Assembly: GCF_006345805.1 (NCBI RefSeq)
Contig: NC_043000.1
Coordinates: 121,830,001-121,894,000, forward strand
Length of the DNA stretch: 64,000 bases
Source of the DNA: Octopus sinensis
Taxonomy: Eukaryota
Direction of reading: 5' to 3'
Positions 27,899 to 41,686 of this stretch are shown in pieces (the first letter of the stretch is position 1; the number at the start of each line of letters is the position of its first letter). A program made the position numbers and the translations under genes. Under the pieces are notes generated by a model that ran no database searches, was not told the origin of the DNA, and worked only from the letters and a program-made list of their open reading frames with translations.

Positions 27899-28536
27899 CG
27901 GTGTGTGTATGTATACATGTCAAGGAATTGCGCCTATCAATATATTTCATTTAAATACGTTGTTCCTATTTCTTCCTCTTAAACTATTGCAGTATTTGAG
28001 CCTTAATTATTTCATAAAATTTAATTCAAAATATTAAATATTAAGACATACATATATTTTATACAATTTTACTCCACCTTCTGCCACTGAGCCGCCCCTG
28101 AGAATCATAAAAAGCGAAAGGACTAAAATATGAGGGATAACATTGTCATAACTCTGCATCTTCGTAATCTGATATAAATCCTTCTACAGCAATTCATGTT
28201 CATACCACAATCGTGCAAATTTTTTTTATAATGTTTTCAAAGAGAAACCTATACAGCTGCTATAATCTCATTAATAACGTATTTATGACTGAATAGCGTG
28301 TAAATATGTGCCGGTATAATAACTCTCGTCAACAACATAATAGATTGCGAACGACATTTATGTAAACATTTGTTTGAACACTCATTTGTACAAGTGTTCA
28401 TTAAATCTCAAACTATTAGTATGTGTGTTTGTGTGTGTCAATGTATAAGTATATATATATATATACAAGCGTGTGTCTCTGCGTGTATATATATATATAT
28501 ATATATATAAATATATATATATATAGCCTTCCACAT

Positions 28537-28601
<65 letters not shown>

Positions 28602-28697
28602 TTGTTTTTTTATTTCTCCTTTTTTTATGAATTATATATGTATATATATATACACACACAGGTATGTCATATTCGTTGTCTTTCTATTCAATCCTGA

Positions 28698-28743
<46 letters not shown>

Positions 28744-30933
28744 CACACACACACTTGAATGCATATGTGTGGGTAGCTGTATAGGTACATACGAGATATT
28801 AGTAAGAGAAATTTACATGTTCTAACAATAGTTGAAATAAATCTACCTCCCTTTATAGTGCTTATATTACTTTCTAATCCTGTAGCATACACTTAACAGT
28901 TATATGTTTCTTTTATTATACGATAAGAGTTCATCATGTTTGAAGTTACATTAAAATATAATTGATAGTTATTACGAAACTGAAGTTATATTTCCAATGG
29001 CTGCGGCCTTCGGGCTAAAACATTTATAAGGATTTAAGGATATTGTTGTGAGTGTATTCCCCTTCGTTTTGCCTTCATATGTTTGCATCTGATTTCTTTT
29101 CTGTCACACTAGATGTTCTTAGTGCTTATTTGTTTTAATTAACCTATAAATTAAGCTACGATAATTAGATACTGTGTGACTTTGTCTTGAACTATGAATT
29201 TATTCATTGACAGAATCAGAGATGCTTTTAAGTGGAAAATAAAACGTTTTTCTTTTAACTGTAGGTCTTATCATTTTTCTTGTAGCATATGGGAATTTAT
29301 TATAGTTACAGAACATAGTTACACAACAGTTATTTCGTATATTCAATTTTTTGCTTTTCAAATTTGGTTTTGCCTGTTTCTCCATGTTGCTCAAGTGTTT
29401 AAGTACAAATTCAACACAGTCATTACATGTTATTTTCTAAAAACGTAAAACCAATGAACGATATTTCTAAGTTGAGGAGATGAAAAGTACAGAATAACTA
29501 GTAGGACCCGAGAAAATTCCATTGAATTGAAAACATCAATAGGACCTATTTAACAAAAAGAGGATTTGCATTTTTATAGCATTCATAATTTAGCTTTCTT
29601 TAACTATTCCTCACGTTCGTCTGCATTTATTTCCTCACGTCTCCGTCCGTGTTCCTCTCTGAATCGTGCACAATATATGTGCGTCCTTGCTTGGGCAGTT
29701 TGCAACCGTGTTTCTTGTGAATCCAGAGTTTAGTCTAAATTAATCCTTGCAAAGAAATATCATCTTTTTAAGCGATCAGACGATAAGTAATTGCGCTTAT
29801 ACGTACGCAATGGTCACAATCAAAAAGAAAATTAGTTAGATAAAAAAAATACTTTTCTGTATCAAAACACCAATACCATGACCAGTATCTCCTCCCTCTC
29901 TCCTTCACTCTCACTCTCTCTCTCTCTCTGTCTCAATATAACTGCCCCCTCTCTGCATCTCTCTTTATTAACCTTTCCGTTCAGCTAACTTTTTAACCAT
30001 GTAATAAGTATTCCTTCCTCACCCCACCGCACTTCGTAAACAATTCCCTCTCTCCCTCCTTTTTTCTCGTTGTCTTTTTCTCTCATTTTTCGCTTCTATC
30101 TTCAACTCACCACGTGACCATTTGGCCGAAGTGTATTCATATTCTTTTCTATTCTAAGCACAAGGACTGAAAATTTTTGGGAAGGGTGCCAGTCGATTAG
30201 ATCGACCCCAAGACGCAAATGATACTTAACTTATCTGCCTCGAAAGAATGAAAAATAAAGTTCACCTCGCCGGAATTTGAACCATTGTGTATTAATATTA
30301 ATCACTTTCTTTACTTCTTCCTTTCTTTTTTCACTCCTCTCGCTCTCTCTCTCTCCCTCTCTCTCTCTTACTCCACTTTGTATTCACTCCATTTTCACTT
30401 CTCTAACTTAGTAATGTATAACAGGCGAACGAACAAGAAAATTATTATATAGATTATTTTAATCCGGTTTTGGCAATTACAAACGGCGTTAGAAGAACTT
30501 CCTGGTTCTTATTAATGCTTTTTCAGCAAAGCAATAATAATTTTTACTCTTCTAATTAATGATAAAACATTACTATGATATTGGAAATTAATGTATATGA
30601 GTAGGAATGAAATATCGTAATCACATCGATACGCAATCTGCACGAAAAATAATCATCAATTTTGTGTCATTATACTTAATGCCATGAAGAAATAATTATG
30701 TTACAAATGAACAGAGACAGACAGACACGCGCGCGCGCGCAGATATATATGCATGTATGCTTGTATATGTATGTGTGTATGGGTGTGTACGTATGTGTGT
30801 GTGTGTGTGTGTTTGTATGTATAAACACTTGATAAACGGATAACATCGTGTTTGTTATTTGTGTATTGCAGACTGTATAGTCTACAATAGACATTAAACC
30901 GAAAATTTGCTATATTAGATTTCTAATTCGTAT

Positions 30934-30981
30934 TGATTGAACTTGATTGAACTTGACTGAACTTGACTGAACTTTATTGAA
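30934..30981. repeat. 10-bp tandem repeat (tgattgaact/tgactgaact)
   Basis: About 5 copies. Confidence 0.8.
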
Positions 30982-32074
30982 TCGTTGAAACCAAATGCGT
31001 ACTTCCGCTTAAGCTTTTTACCCTTAGTTCACTGTTGATCCCAATCGGTTCGCCATTGGTACTTGTAATCTCTCTCGATATATATGATGAAATAATCATT
31101 TTTGTCTTCAGTTTAGGTTTTCCTTCGTCGGTGATTTGTAATTAAATTATATTCTAGTCTTCTTTTCTTTCAAATCTGTTTTTCAATGAATATGTTCACA
31201 CTTTCTATTTTATCTGTTTTGGGCAGAAAGCTGTGGCCATGGAATAATGTGATGCTTAGCTAACAGGAAATTATCAATTTGATAAGGACTCCTCAGAGAC
31301 GATACAGTTTAGCTTATTTCATTCAAAATAGCGAACGTGTCTCGAATTTCCGTTTTATCTTCTCTGTGAATTTAGATTTCATTTTCCTTGCAGTGACAAA
31401 CTCTTTTTCTTTTTGTTTCACTGTTACGAATTATTCAATAATTGATCTACCTCCGTTTACTGTACCATATTTGTATAAAACAACTGTATTACTTATGTAA
31501 GAAGTGTTAAAGAATCATCGCCCTATGAAGATGCGATACCTGCCTTCAGTATACGCCAACTTTAGACTTCTGTTAGAAATGTAATGCATAGACTAACATA
31601 TATTTTCCTTTGAAGATTTAGATAATAACTTCATCTACTGTTCTAATATTCAGGTAATATTAGAGTGTAATTACTATTATTAAGATGCATGATTAGGCGA
31701 GTAGATTGGCAAATACGTTAGAAACTTAAGCTCTGACTTATTACCGTGACGGTGAAAAATACCATTTCATTCTTTAGATACATAACAAGAACTGGTAAAG
31801 GCTGAGGGTTCATAAGCTCAGCAAAACTTTGTTGCTCTAGGGCCTTTATGGGAAACGATTATTGACACTATCTTGCTATTCAGAGAAATTATATTCTAGC
31901 TTTTTATTGTGACCGGTTCAATCATGTGTATTCATTTAGACATTTACTGCAGCATTTCGTTTCATGTTTATATATATATATATATGGGAAGGTGCGCGTG
32001 TGTGTATATATATATGTGTATGTCCACGTGCGTGTGTGTGTGTGTGTATGAATGTATATTTGTTATTTATTTAT

Positions 32075-32523
32075 TGCTTACAAGGGGCTCAACATAGAGA
32101 GGACAGACGGATTAAATCAATTACATCGACCCCAGTGCGCAAGTGATATTTATTTTATTAACCCCGAAGGCATGAAAGGCAAAGTCGACCTCGGCGGAAT
32201 TTGAACTCAGAACGTAATTGCAGACGAAATACCTATTTCTTTACTACCCACAAGGGGACAAACAAGGACAGACAAATGGATTAAGTCGATTATACTGACC
32301 ACAGTGCGTAACTGGCACTTAATTATTCGACCCCGAAAGGATGAAAGGCAAAGTCAAGCCGGCGGAATTTGAACTCTGAACGTAGCAGCGGACGAAATAC
32401 CGCTAAGTATTTCGCCCGGTGCGCTAACGACTCTGCCAACTCGCCGCCTTTCAACCATTAAGACGGGCGAAATGCCGGTAAACATTTTGCTCAGCGCGCT
32501 AACGATTCTTCTAGCTCGCCGCC
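32075..32523 (-). mobile_element. SINE family B, dimer plus extra head fragment
   Basis: Two bodies and a duplicated head. Confidence 0.8.
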
Positions 32524-34037
32524 AGTATGTATATTTGTGTGTGCGTGTGTGCGTGCGTGCGTGCGTGCGTGTGTGCGCGCGCTCGTATGTGTATGTGTGT
32601 GCAGTTGGACTGAAGGTAATAAATGAGCTAAATGCTTGACTACAGACTGGAATACTTATTTAATTCATGAACCACATGTTCTTTGAATGTACCTTAGACA
32701 CTCCACATCATAATACTATTAGGATTGTTACATAATCAATTTCTGTGTTGGCTTTTAAATTAATAATAGCATTGCATATATATTGGGTAATATACTTGCC
32801 GTGTTACTATGTCAGTACATACAAACTTATTTAAGCATTAGTGTTTGTTTCAACTATTTACAAGGATTATGAACATTTGTAAGTTAGTACGTTTATTGGA
32901 ATATTTTAATACGTATGGATTTTTACCTGTATTTATTATGTGGCGTAGACCTATATAACTCTTCATGATAGTGTACTGGATTTTCTAGATATATATGTTT
33001 TCTAGATAGTAGGAAATGTCACTGCAACCTTATTTACAAAACGAATTATCGGAATTAGAAGAGGAAAAGGAAGAAAATGGGAAAATGAAAAGGAGTGGAA
33101 ATGTCCAATTCAAATTCATATTTCTTCCAGTGGGATATTTTAAAGTGTTCCACGATATAATTATATTATTAATGAAACGAGGTTATACAAAATTCATACC
33201 AATTAAACTACATATGATATTTAAAGAGAAAAATGAAATTAAATTATGCTCACAGTGTGAAAAATTAAATTGAAAAAAACATTGTGAATTGTGTTGCTAA
33301 CCTATAATAATAGCTAGATATATTAATGATTTCCCAAGAAGTATTATCATGTATTCATATTACGATATTCAAGAATTTCTATCGCGATGAGATCGCCAGT
33401 GATGCAGGGAATGCAATTGTATCTTTCAAATTTTATGTTTTCAATGGAATCTGTCAAAGGAATTTAGTTATAAACTCACACTTGATCACATTGAACGAAA
33501 AGCCATTCGTTACCTGGGTATGAACAAAGATATTGAATGAAAGTTCCATCATCAAAGTTAAATCTTGAATGTATTAAAAAGAATAACACACAAAATATAC
33601 CATTACACAGTGCAATTACAAAAGGATTGAAAAGTATACAAAATTTCTTTATAATTAAAGAGCAACCATTTAATAAAATGCCCTATACTGTATAACGAAA
33701 GTATTTATTTAACCTTCGGATTCTTAAACGTGGCTGATATTCCAATATGGAGACAAAAATACTGATTATAGATAAAAGATTAACCTCTTCATCAATTGGG
33801 CGTTACTTAATAGAAAGCTATGGATTATTTCAAACATGAAAATGAGAAAGAAAGAAAGAAAGAAATGTTCAATCAGTATTAAAACTAAATTTTTTACTTT
33901 GTATTTTTTATTAAACATGTGTGTGTGTGTGCATGATTGTGCGCCCCCCACCGAGCATGTATGGTTGTGTATGTGGCATATGAATATGTTAATTTTATAA
34001 AATATATTTAAGTACTATATATTTTTTGCCGTTCTTA

Positions 34038-34070
<33 letters not shown>

Positions 34071-34074
34071 ATAT

Positions 34075-34120
<46 letters not shown>

Positions 34121-34529
34121 GAACATCCTAATTTGGTAACCCACTCTAAATCTAAAAGAAGAGAAAGTATTTTTCTCTCAGAGTCAAAATTTTACCACAA
34201 CTAATGTTTAAGGTTCTGAAATAACAATTTATTAAGAACCAAATATTACCACTTATTAAACAAACACTCTATACAATTACCTTCCTGCACCACAGTGAAT
34301 CTGGGATCTATCATTGCATCCACAAATAGAAATAAACTCCAACTTCAAATGGCTAACTGCTTAGATCACCATAATATATCCCTTATAAGTCCACATAAAA
34401 TTAATAAAACAAAAACTAAGTCTATCTAAATCTAAACGCAATGCATCTTAACTATATATACACCAACCCGACACAACCTTAATAAATCCAAGTACAATTA
34501 AAGATAGGGATACAAAGAATTGTAATTGT

Positions 34530-34811
34530 ATGGTCCCCGATTCATGTCCGCCGCCCACTGGATTTTGTTTACGAAAAAATGTAATTCATAAATGCAGCAT
34601 GGTAAATGCCAAACATCAAATAATAGTATACATAGGAAGCACAATAAATTTGAAGAGACGATATAGAAACCATTGGAATTCTTTCAGTAATCTAAAATAT
34701 AACAACTCAACGGCACTAGCTAGATACATACACAGCTTAAAACTACAGAACATCAATTATAGAATACCTTGGTCTATTAAAGATGAGGCTCCCTCCCACC
34801 ATACAACATGA
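34530..34811 (+). pseudogene. GIY-YIG endonuclease remnant
   Basis: YIGST, R..NH..SF and STALARYI motifs; frameshifted before the CxxC motif. Confidence 0.85.
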
Positions 34812-35179
34812 TTATGGGCAGATTTAGAATGTGCATAAAAGAACCATACACTATCCTTCACATGTATAATTCTACCGTATTAAATAAGTTTTCCGATGAT
34901 ATTCATTCGTGTAGCCACAGATATTATTCAACTTTCATGAAACTTTTTCAATCCGAATGTATTTAACAATAGCCTTATTAATTTACGCTGCACAACCTGA
35001 CTTCATATTGGTTACAACACGATATTGCCAATATAAATTTTAATAAAGATGGTAAGTAACCTAATTTTTCCCACTCATCAGCCCTCATAAAGTCTTCCAT
35101 CATTTGCATAGATATAGCTCTTCTATAAAAGCTTCGTTACTTCATACCTTGGCAACGTTCAGAATGCATTATCCCTTTC

Positions 35180-35265
35180 TTCCTGATGAAGGAGACATTC
35201 CCTAAAAATGAATTTGAAGATTCATTTTTTACTCGGCGAAATGAACCCCTGAAAAAGCCGTAGGA
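35180..35265 (+). ncRNA. Hammerhead ribozyme motif, degenerate, with long stem II
   Basis: ttc-CTGATGA-agg...cct-GAAA-aagccg-TA-gga. Confidence 0.6.
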
Positions 35266-35677
35266 ATATTTCCTTTTAATATGTAATATAAAATACTTTT
35301 TGACGTCTATTATTTTCTCTTCACTATATTTCTAATTCCTTTTTCTTTTAAAAACGTTTCTATCTCTTATCCTATACTTCTTTATAGTATTGCTATATTT
35401 GTATATTAATATATTTATAAGTCCATATATATCTTTAATATTCGTATATGTTTATATGTATTGAATATATGTTTTATTTTGGACAATCTTTATCTTAAAC
35501 ATATCCGTATACATATGTATTGATTGTAGTTTGCCTGATTTGAACTCTTTCCATTCATTTATTATAATTGTGTAACGTCTCAGGTTCGACTTGAGCACTT
35601 CAATGCGGTCTGTAGCTTTCATAAGAAAGATATCACAAACACACAAACATACACAAAAACACACATACGCATAGACA

Positions 35678-35727
<50 letters not shown>

Positions 35728-36391
35728 GCAGAGTCTTATATGTATAAATAAATATACCTATACATAAAAGATTGTGGGTGTGATTCTTGGACAGGGCAAC
35801 CTCATATGAAGAGCGCTCGAGCAAAGCACTGCATTTTCCGTTCCTCTACTTTACTCATCTTGCAGAAATTTGTAATTCTTCAGTAAGCAGGTATCTTGTC
35901 CAAGGAGAGATATATATGCCTGAAAGACCCTATGTTCTTCGTGTAGTAATGTGAACGAATTAAATATACTGTGCGGTGTTTATTACACTTGAAATTCGAG
36001 TCGGGGCTCCCATATTCCAAATCCCGTGATTGAATTCTACTGGAAGTTACCCCTGAGATATCACTGATGACAGTCATATATTGCTGCTACGATATATAGT
36101 GCACCAGTAAGCTTATTGAAAATGTCTTGTGAGAACATCGAAGAATACGTAATTAGGCTTCAATGATCTTCTCTCATTGAAGCTTGCTGCATAAAAGCAT
36201 TGTAATAAACCGAAAATTGCGCTATTAGCCTATCTTTCGCCGTTATTAGGCCATGATATTAGCCTATATTACGGTGCCCTACAATGAATGTATATATTTA
36301 GTTTTGCATGCACATAGTTATGTGTGTATATGTTTGTGTATGTATGGATATATAAGTATGTATGTATATATGTATGTATGTCTGTGTATAT

Positions 36392-36797
36392 ATTTCTTTA
36401 CTTTCCCACAAGGGGCTAAACATAGAGGGGACAAACAAGGACGGACAAAGGGATTGAGTCAATTAGATCGACCCCAGTTCGAAACGGGTAGTTTATTTAT
36501 CGAAACCGAAAGGATGAAAGGCAAAGTCGACCTCGGCGGAATTTGAAAATCAGAACGTAACTACAGACAAAATACTTATCTCTTTATTACCCACAAGGGG
36601 CTAAACAAAGAGGGGACAGACATAGTTATTAAGTCGGTTACATTGACCCCAGTGTGTAACCGGTACTTAATTTATCGTCCCCGAAAGGATGAAAGGCAAA
36701 GTTGACCTCGGCGGCATTTGAACTCAGAACGTAACGGCAGACGAAATACGGCTACGCATTTCGCCCGGCGTGCTAACGTTTCTGCCAGCTCGCCACC
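36392..36797 (-). mobile_element. SINE family B, dimer
   Basis: Same structure as 25998-26413. Confidence 0.85.
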
Positions 36798-37535
36798 CTA
36801 TATGTCTGTGTATATGTGAGTTTCCATAGTTTCCTATCAGTAAGGAGAAAATTCATGTGATTGCTTTATGTATCTCTACACAGACGATTGCATAAATACG
36901 TAAAAGTACAATTTCTTCACACAAAGATATGTTCTATACTGTTTACAGATAAGCAAGTCATGAGACGTTGAGTCTACAACCAGCATAAGCATTCAAATGA
37001 CCAATGAAATCGTTATCTGCATGATATAAATTATAAAGTCAATCGCTCTATCTCTCACATACTCACATCAATAATTACATATTTTCGACGACATAATTAC
37101 GTAGCAATCACTACAAATGTATACTTTAGTAATGCACCAACAATTCACACCGTAATACTAATATTTTCTTTCGTGTGGCTTGCGAAAACCAACATTTGTA
37201 TGTAACAAAATATCGATATTATTTTATTGATTATGCTTTCGATTCTAATTAAATATTTAAATAAATGTTCAATCATTTACCGACAGTTGTATTAGTTCTA
37301 GGAATGTTTACACTGTCAATATTTGAAACAATAAACTATTAAATGTATATTGGAATTCTTCTCAACATTCTACGAGAATTAATTTCAAGATATATCGTTG
37401 CGTGTGAGTGAAAATGTATAAACAAAGGTACGTCATATATATATACATGCTTATATACATATGTGTTAAATACCTATAGAGTTGTATATATCTAAATATA
37501 TATATATTCATACACAAGTGATGTATCATATATGC

Positions 37536-37570
<35 letters not shown>

Positions 37571-37838
37571 CAAGCACATACACACACAAAATATATATAA
37601 TATATATATACTAATAAAAAGGGTTCATCTTGAGTATATGTTACCTCAGTCGTGTAACGGCATTCCACCTGTTTAAATTTTAGATATTGAATATTATATT
37701 TCAATGAAAAGTATAGATACATTTAACTCTTTACCTTACACTATGGGGGAATCAAATCTTATATATATATATGAACCCCTCACATCTTTAAATGCTTCGA
37801 TCTAATGTGTCTTGTATAATTTCACAATTGCGCTATAA

Positions 37839-37891
<53 letters not shown>

Positions 37892-38029
37892 GGAAACTGG
37901 AAATTATATCCAAAAGAGAGAGTTAGTCATTTTGCAAGATGAAAACTACTTTTGAAATAAACGTTTAACGAGTAATATAGGAATAGTCGTAATCAGTGTG
38001 AGGGAGAGACTATTGTCTCTATGTTGTTA

Positions 38030-38318
38030 TTGTTTGTTCCTTCAGGAGCTGTGCCTGGCTCATAAGCCCCGATTTTCCCGGCTTTATTGGCATATAGGCT
38101 CACCACCTGGACAGGACGTTGGTCCGTCACAAGTGAGTTGTTAGATGCATGAGGAAAAAATGAGAGAAAGTTGTGGCGAAAAGTTAGCAGAAATTCGCCA
38201 TTATCTTCTGCCGGAGCCACGAGGAGCTTAGGTGTTTTGCTCATAAACACACACATCGCCGGGTCTGAAATCCTTCAACCGCGAGTCTGCGGCTCTAACC
38301 ACTAAGCCATGTGCCTTC
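38030..38318 (-). mobile_element. SINE family C
   Basis: Reverse complement of 11000-11292. Confidence 0.8.
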
Positions 38319-39367
38319 AAATAATAATTGAGGATATAGTTTGATATAATCTGAAACCTTGGTTGCATGTTTTCAAATCCTATGCTCATTCTTTCTTGTT
38401 GACTTTCCCCTCTCTCCCCGCTTTATTTTCAGAGTTACTACAAAATTTAAAACAACATTTTGTTTCCTCTGATTTATCTCGTAAATTTACGAGTGAGGGA
38501 GCGTGCGTGTGTTTGTATATAAATGTCTGTACTTATGAGGATCTAAGTAGATGGGTCATATCTGATAACTTATTTGTTACATTGTTTATCTATTTATTAA
38601 TGTTCATTATTCCACTTTGTTCAATTGTTTTCCATCCTGAGTAATTCCACTGTTTTATAGGATTTAATAATCATAAATGATATCAAATTAGTTCAATAAA
38701 ACTTGAAATTTTTTGCTAATATGCGATCCGCCTTTCAAAACGCATAGCTAGTACAAAACATTAGTACCTTAATTTCCTCACTAACATATTCTATTACATT
38801 AATGGGTTGTTTGTGATTATTAACTCTAAGCTGTCAGTTCGCCAATTTTGCGTTGAAATGTTGACACGTAATTATATTGTCTGGGTCCTTTGAAAGATTT
38901 TCAATAATTTATTTTAAATTTGATTCAAGGTTAATTGTAACAATTACTCACCGATAATTGGTTATTTTAGCTCGTGTTTATTTAAATTTTAAAGCAGGCA
39001 AGATTGCAATAATATCAGCCACTTTGTTATAACTATCTCATATTCCGGTAGGAAAGTTACTCGAACCTCGTGAATGAATTGTATTTGGTGGACCTGATTT
39101 TAATAAATGTGTCATTGAGCATTTATTTTCAGTACATAGACTTATATTCAAATGCTAAGTTTAATTTAACCACGTCGTTTCGGGTTCAGTTCAAATAGGC
39201 GACACACTGGGTAATTGTGTCCTGCTAACCGCCCGGCTTACTAACGTATTGTAATGGAATTTGGTAGAGAGAAGCTGTCGAAGCACGTAGGTGTTGGTGT
39301 AGGTCTGTGTACATATGTGTGGTTGGGTGTGCGTGTGTGTTCGTGTGTGTGTATACATGCGGATGCC

Positions 39368-39594
39368 TCTTTTACTCGTTTCAGTCATTTTCACTGTGGC
39401 CATGCTGGAGCACCGCCTTTAATCTAGCAAATTGACCCAAGGACTTATTCTTTGTAAGCCAAGTACTTACTCAATCAGGTCTTTTGCCGAACCTCTAAGT
39501 TACGGGGACGAAAATACACCAGCATCGGTTGTCAAGTGATGCTGGGGAGACAATCACAGACACACACACACATACACACACACAGACATATATA

Positions 39595-39635
<41 letters not shown>

Positions 39636-39715
39636 CATATATACATATATACGACGGGCTTCTTTCAGTTTTCGTGTACCAAATCCACTCACAATGCTTT
39701 GATCTGCCCAAGGCT
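39368..39715 (-). mobile_element. SINE family A, 5'-truncated
   Basis: Tail and core present. Confidence 0.8.
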
Positions 39716-40278
39716 GCGTACATGTGCGTGTGTATTTATGTGTGTGAGTATATGTGTGTGTGTGTATACATATGCGTGTGTGGATGTCTTTGTGGTGATG
39801 CTTTCTCCTCTGTCACCACTTGAAAAACGAGGTTGGTTTCTTCAGTTCCTCGTATGTTACTGCTTCTTACATAATTATTTTTCTTTCATTTAAAATCTAG
39901 TCTCAACACTATCACATTTTAAAATATTGAAAATCACCATAGAGGTTCTCAAAGACAGAAAAAGAAAATAGGCTGTGATCACTGAACACCTCGCGCGGAA
40001 AAAAAGTATCTCAAACTGTTCTTCACAGCAGTAAAAAATAAAGCCACTAAGTCACAAAGAGGGGTGCGCACGCACGCACAGGTACATATATATTTATAAT
40101 AATAAGGGTTTTTTGCAACAAGTTGCTTAAACCACATACTGAAAATATTAGACATAGCAGTCAAACGGCTACTATTTCTTTTACTACAAAAATAAGTCTC
40201 CACAAACAACTGTATTTGTAACTCACATATGATAAAAGAAGAAGAAAAACAACGAAACCACACAGTCTCCGGAATAAT

Positions 40279-40332
40279 TATGGACGTACGTTTCTGGATT
40301 AGAATCGTAAAGTTCATTTCCTTATCAACATA
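40279..40332 (-). ncRNA. Hammerhead-like motif (U3:A8 variant), unit 1
   Basis: tatg-TTGATAA-gga...tcc a-GAAA-cgtacg-TC-cata. Confidence 0.65.
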
Positions 40333-40816
40333 TTTCCCAAAAATCTAGAAATGTTAGGAAAAACTTACCTTTTATATTTCCGACCAAGCGACATCGAAAG
40401 ATACAAAAGTCCAGTACCATATTCACATTATATAGACAAGCGAATTTGTATCTCCCTCCAAAACTTCACCATGTGAGTACTGCCGAAACGAAGTTTCGTA
40501 GTTTTGTTGTAGGGGAGTAAAAGTATTCAATACATATAAAGGGTGAAATATAATTAATTTAATAAAATCAATAACTTTCACTAGTAGTATTTCGGTATCG
40601 AAAAAGACCATATTCGGTAAAAATTATATAATTATAATAATAAGGGTTTTTTGCAACAAGTTCCTTAAACCACATACCGAAAATGTTAGAAATAGCAGTC
40701 AAAGGGCTACTATTTCTTTTACTACAAAAATAAGTCTCCACAAACAACTGTATTTGTAACTCACATATGATAAAAGAAGAAGAAAAACAACGAAACCACA
40801 CAGTCTCCGGAATAAT

Positions 40817-40870
40817 TATGGACGTACGTTTCTGGATTAGAATCGTAAAGTTCATTTCCTTATCAACATA
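40817..40870 (-). ncRNA. Hammerhead-like motif (U3:A8 variant), unit 2
   Basis: Same as unit 1. Confidence 0.65.
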
Positions 40871-41354
40871 TTTCCCAAAAATCTAGAAATGTTAGGAAAA
40901 ACTTACCTTTTATATTTCCGACCAAGCGACATCGAAAGATACAAAAGTCCAGTACCATATTCACATTTATATAGACAAGCGAATTTGTATCTCCCTCCAA
41001 AACTTCACCATGTGAGTACTGCCGAAACGAAGTTTCGTAGTTTTGTTGTAGGGGAGTAAAAGTATTCAATACATATAAAGGGTGAAATATAATTAATTTA
41101 ATAAAATCAATAACTTTCACCTAGTAGTATTTCGGTATCGAAAAAGACCATATTCGGTAAAAATTATATAATTATAATAATAAGGGTTTTTTGCAACAAG
41201 TTCCTTAAACCACATACCGAAAATGTTAGAAATAGCAGTCAAAGGGCTACTATTTCTTTTACTACAAAAATAAGTCTCCACAAACAACAATATTTGTAAC
41301 TCACATATGGCAAAAGAAGAAGAAAAACAACGAAACCACACAGTCTACGGATTA

Positions 41355-41412
41355 ATTATGGACATACGTTTCTGGATTAGAATCGTAAAGTTCATTTCCT
41401 TATCAACATAAT
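41355..41412 (-). ncRNA. Hammerhead-like motif (U3:A8 variant), unit 3, 6-bp stem I
   Basis: attatg-TTGATAA-gga..tcca-GAAA-cgtatg-TC-cataat. Confidence 0.65.
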
Positions 41413-41602
41413 ATTTCCCATAAATCTAGAAATGCTAGGAAAACTTACCTTTTATATTTCCGATATATATATATATATATATAATAACAATCTAATAAAT
41501 AAAACATATGCATATATACATGCATATCTGTACATACCTACATCCATATGTATATATACATGCATGCATGGATACAGGACACCACAAAAAAATATATATA
41601 CA

Positions 41603-41653
<51 letters not shown>

Positions 41654-41686
41654 CTGTCTTGATTTACCAAAGGTGTACAGAGTTGT

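Larger units (their letters stand above)
34120..35450 (+). mobile_element. Penelope-like element, decayed 3' fragment (linker, GIY-YIG, pseudo-LTR)
   Basis: NCNCMVPDSCP..GFCL..NVIHKC..VYIGST..LKRRYRNHWNSF..STALARYIH; starts at (TA)n; HHR motif downstream. Confidence 0.85.
40094..41463 (-). repeat. Tandem array of ~540-bp units (about 2.5 copies), each with a hammerhead-like motif
   Basis: Unit starts at 40094, 40632 and 41172; near-identical; bounded by TA-rich tracts. Confidence 0.93.

Noticed and set aside
39979-41341. Repeated short ORFs (MNFTILIQKRT...)
   Set aside because: By-products of the tandem repeat; no recognisable domain and inconsistent ends.
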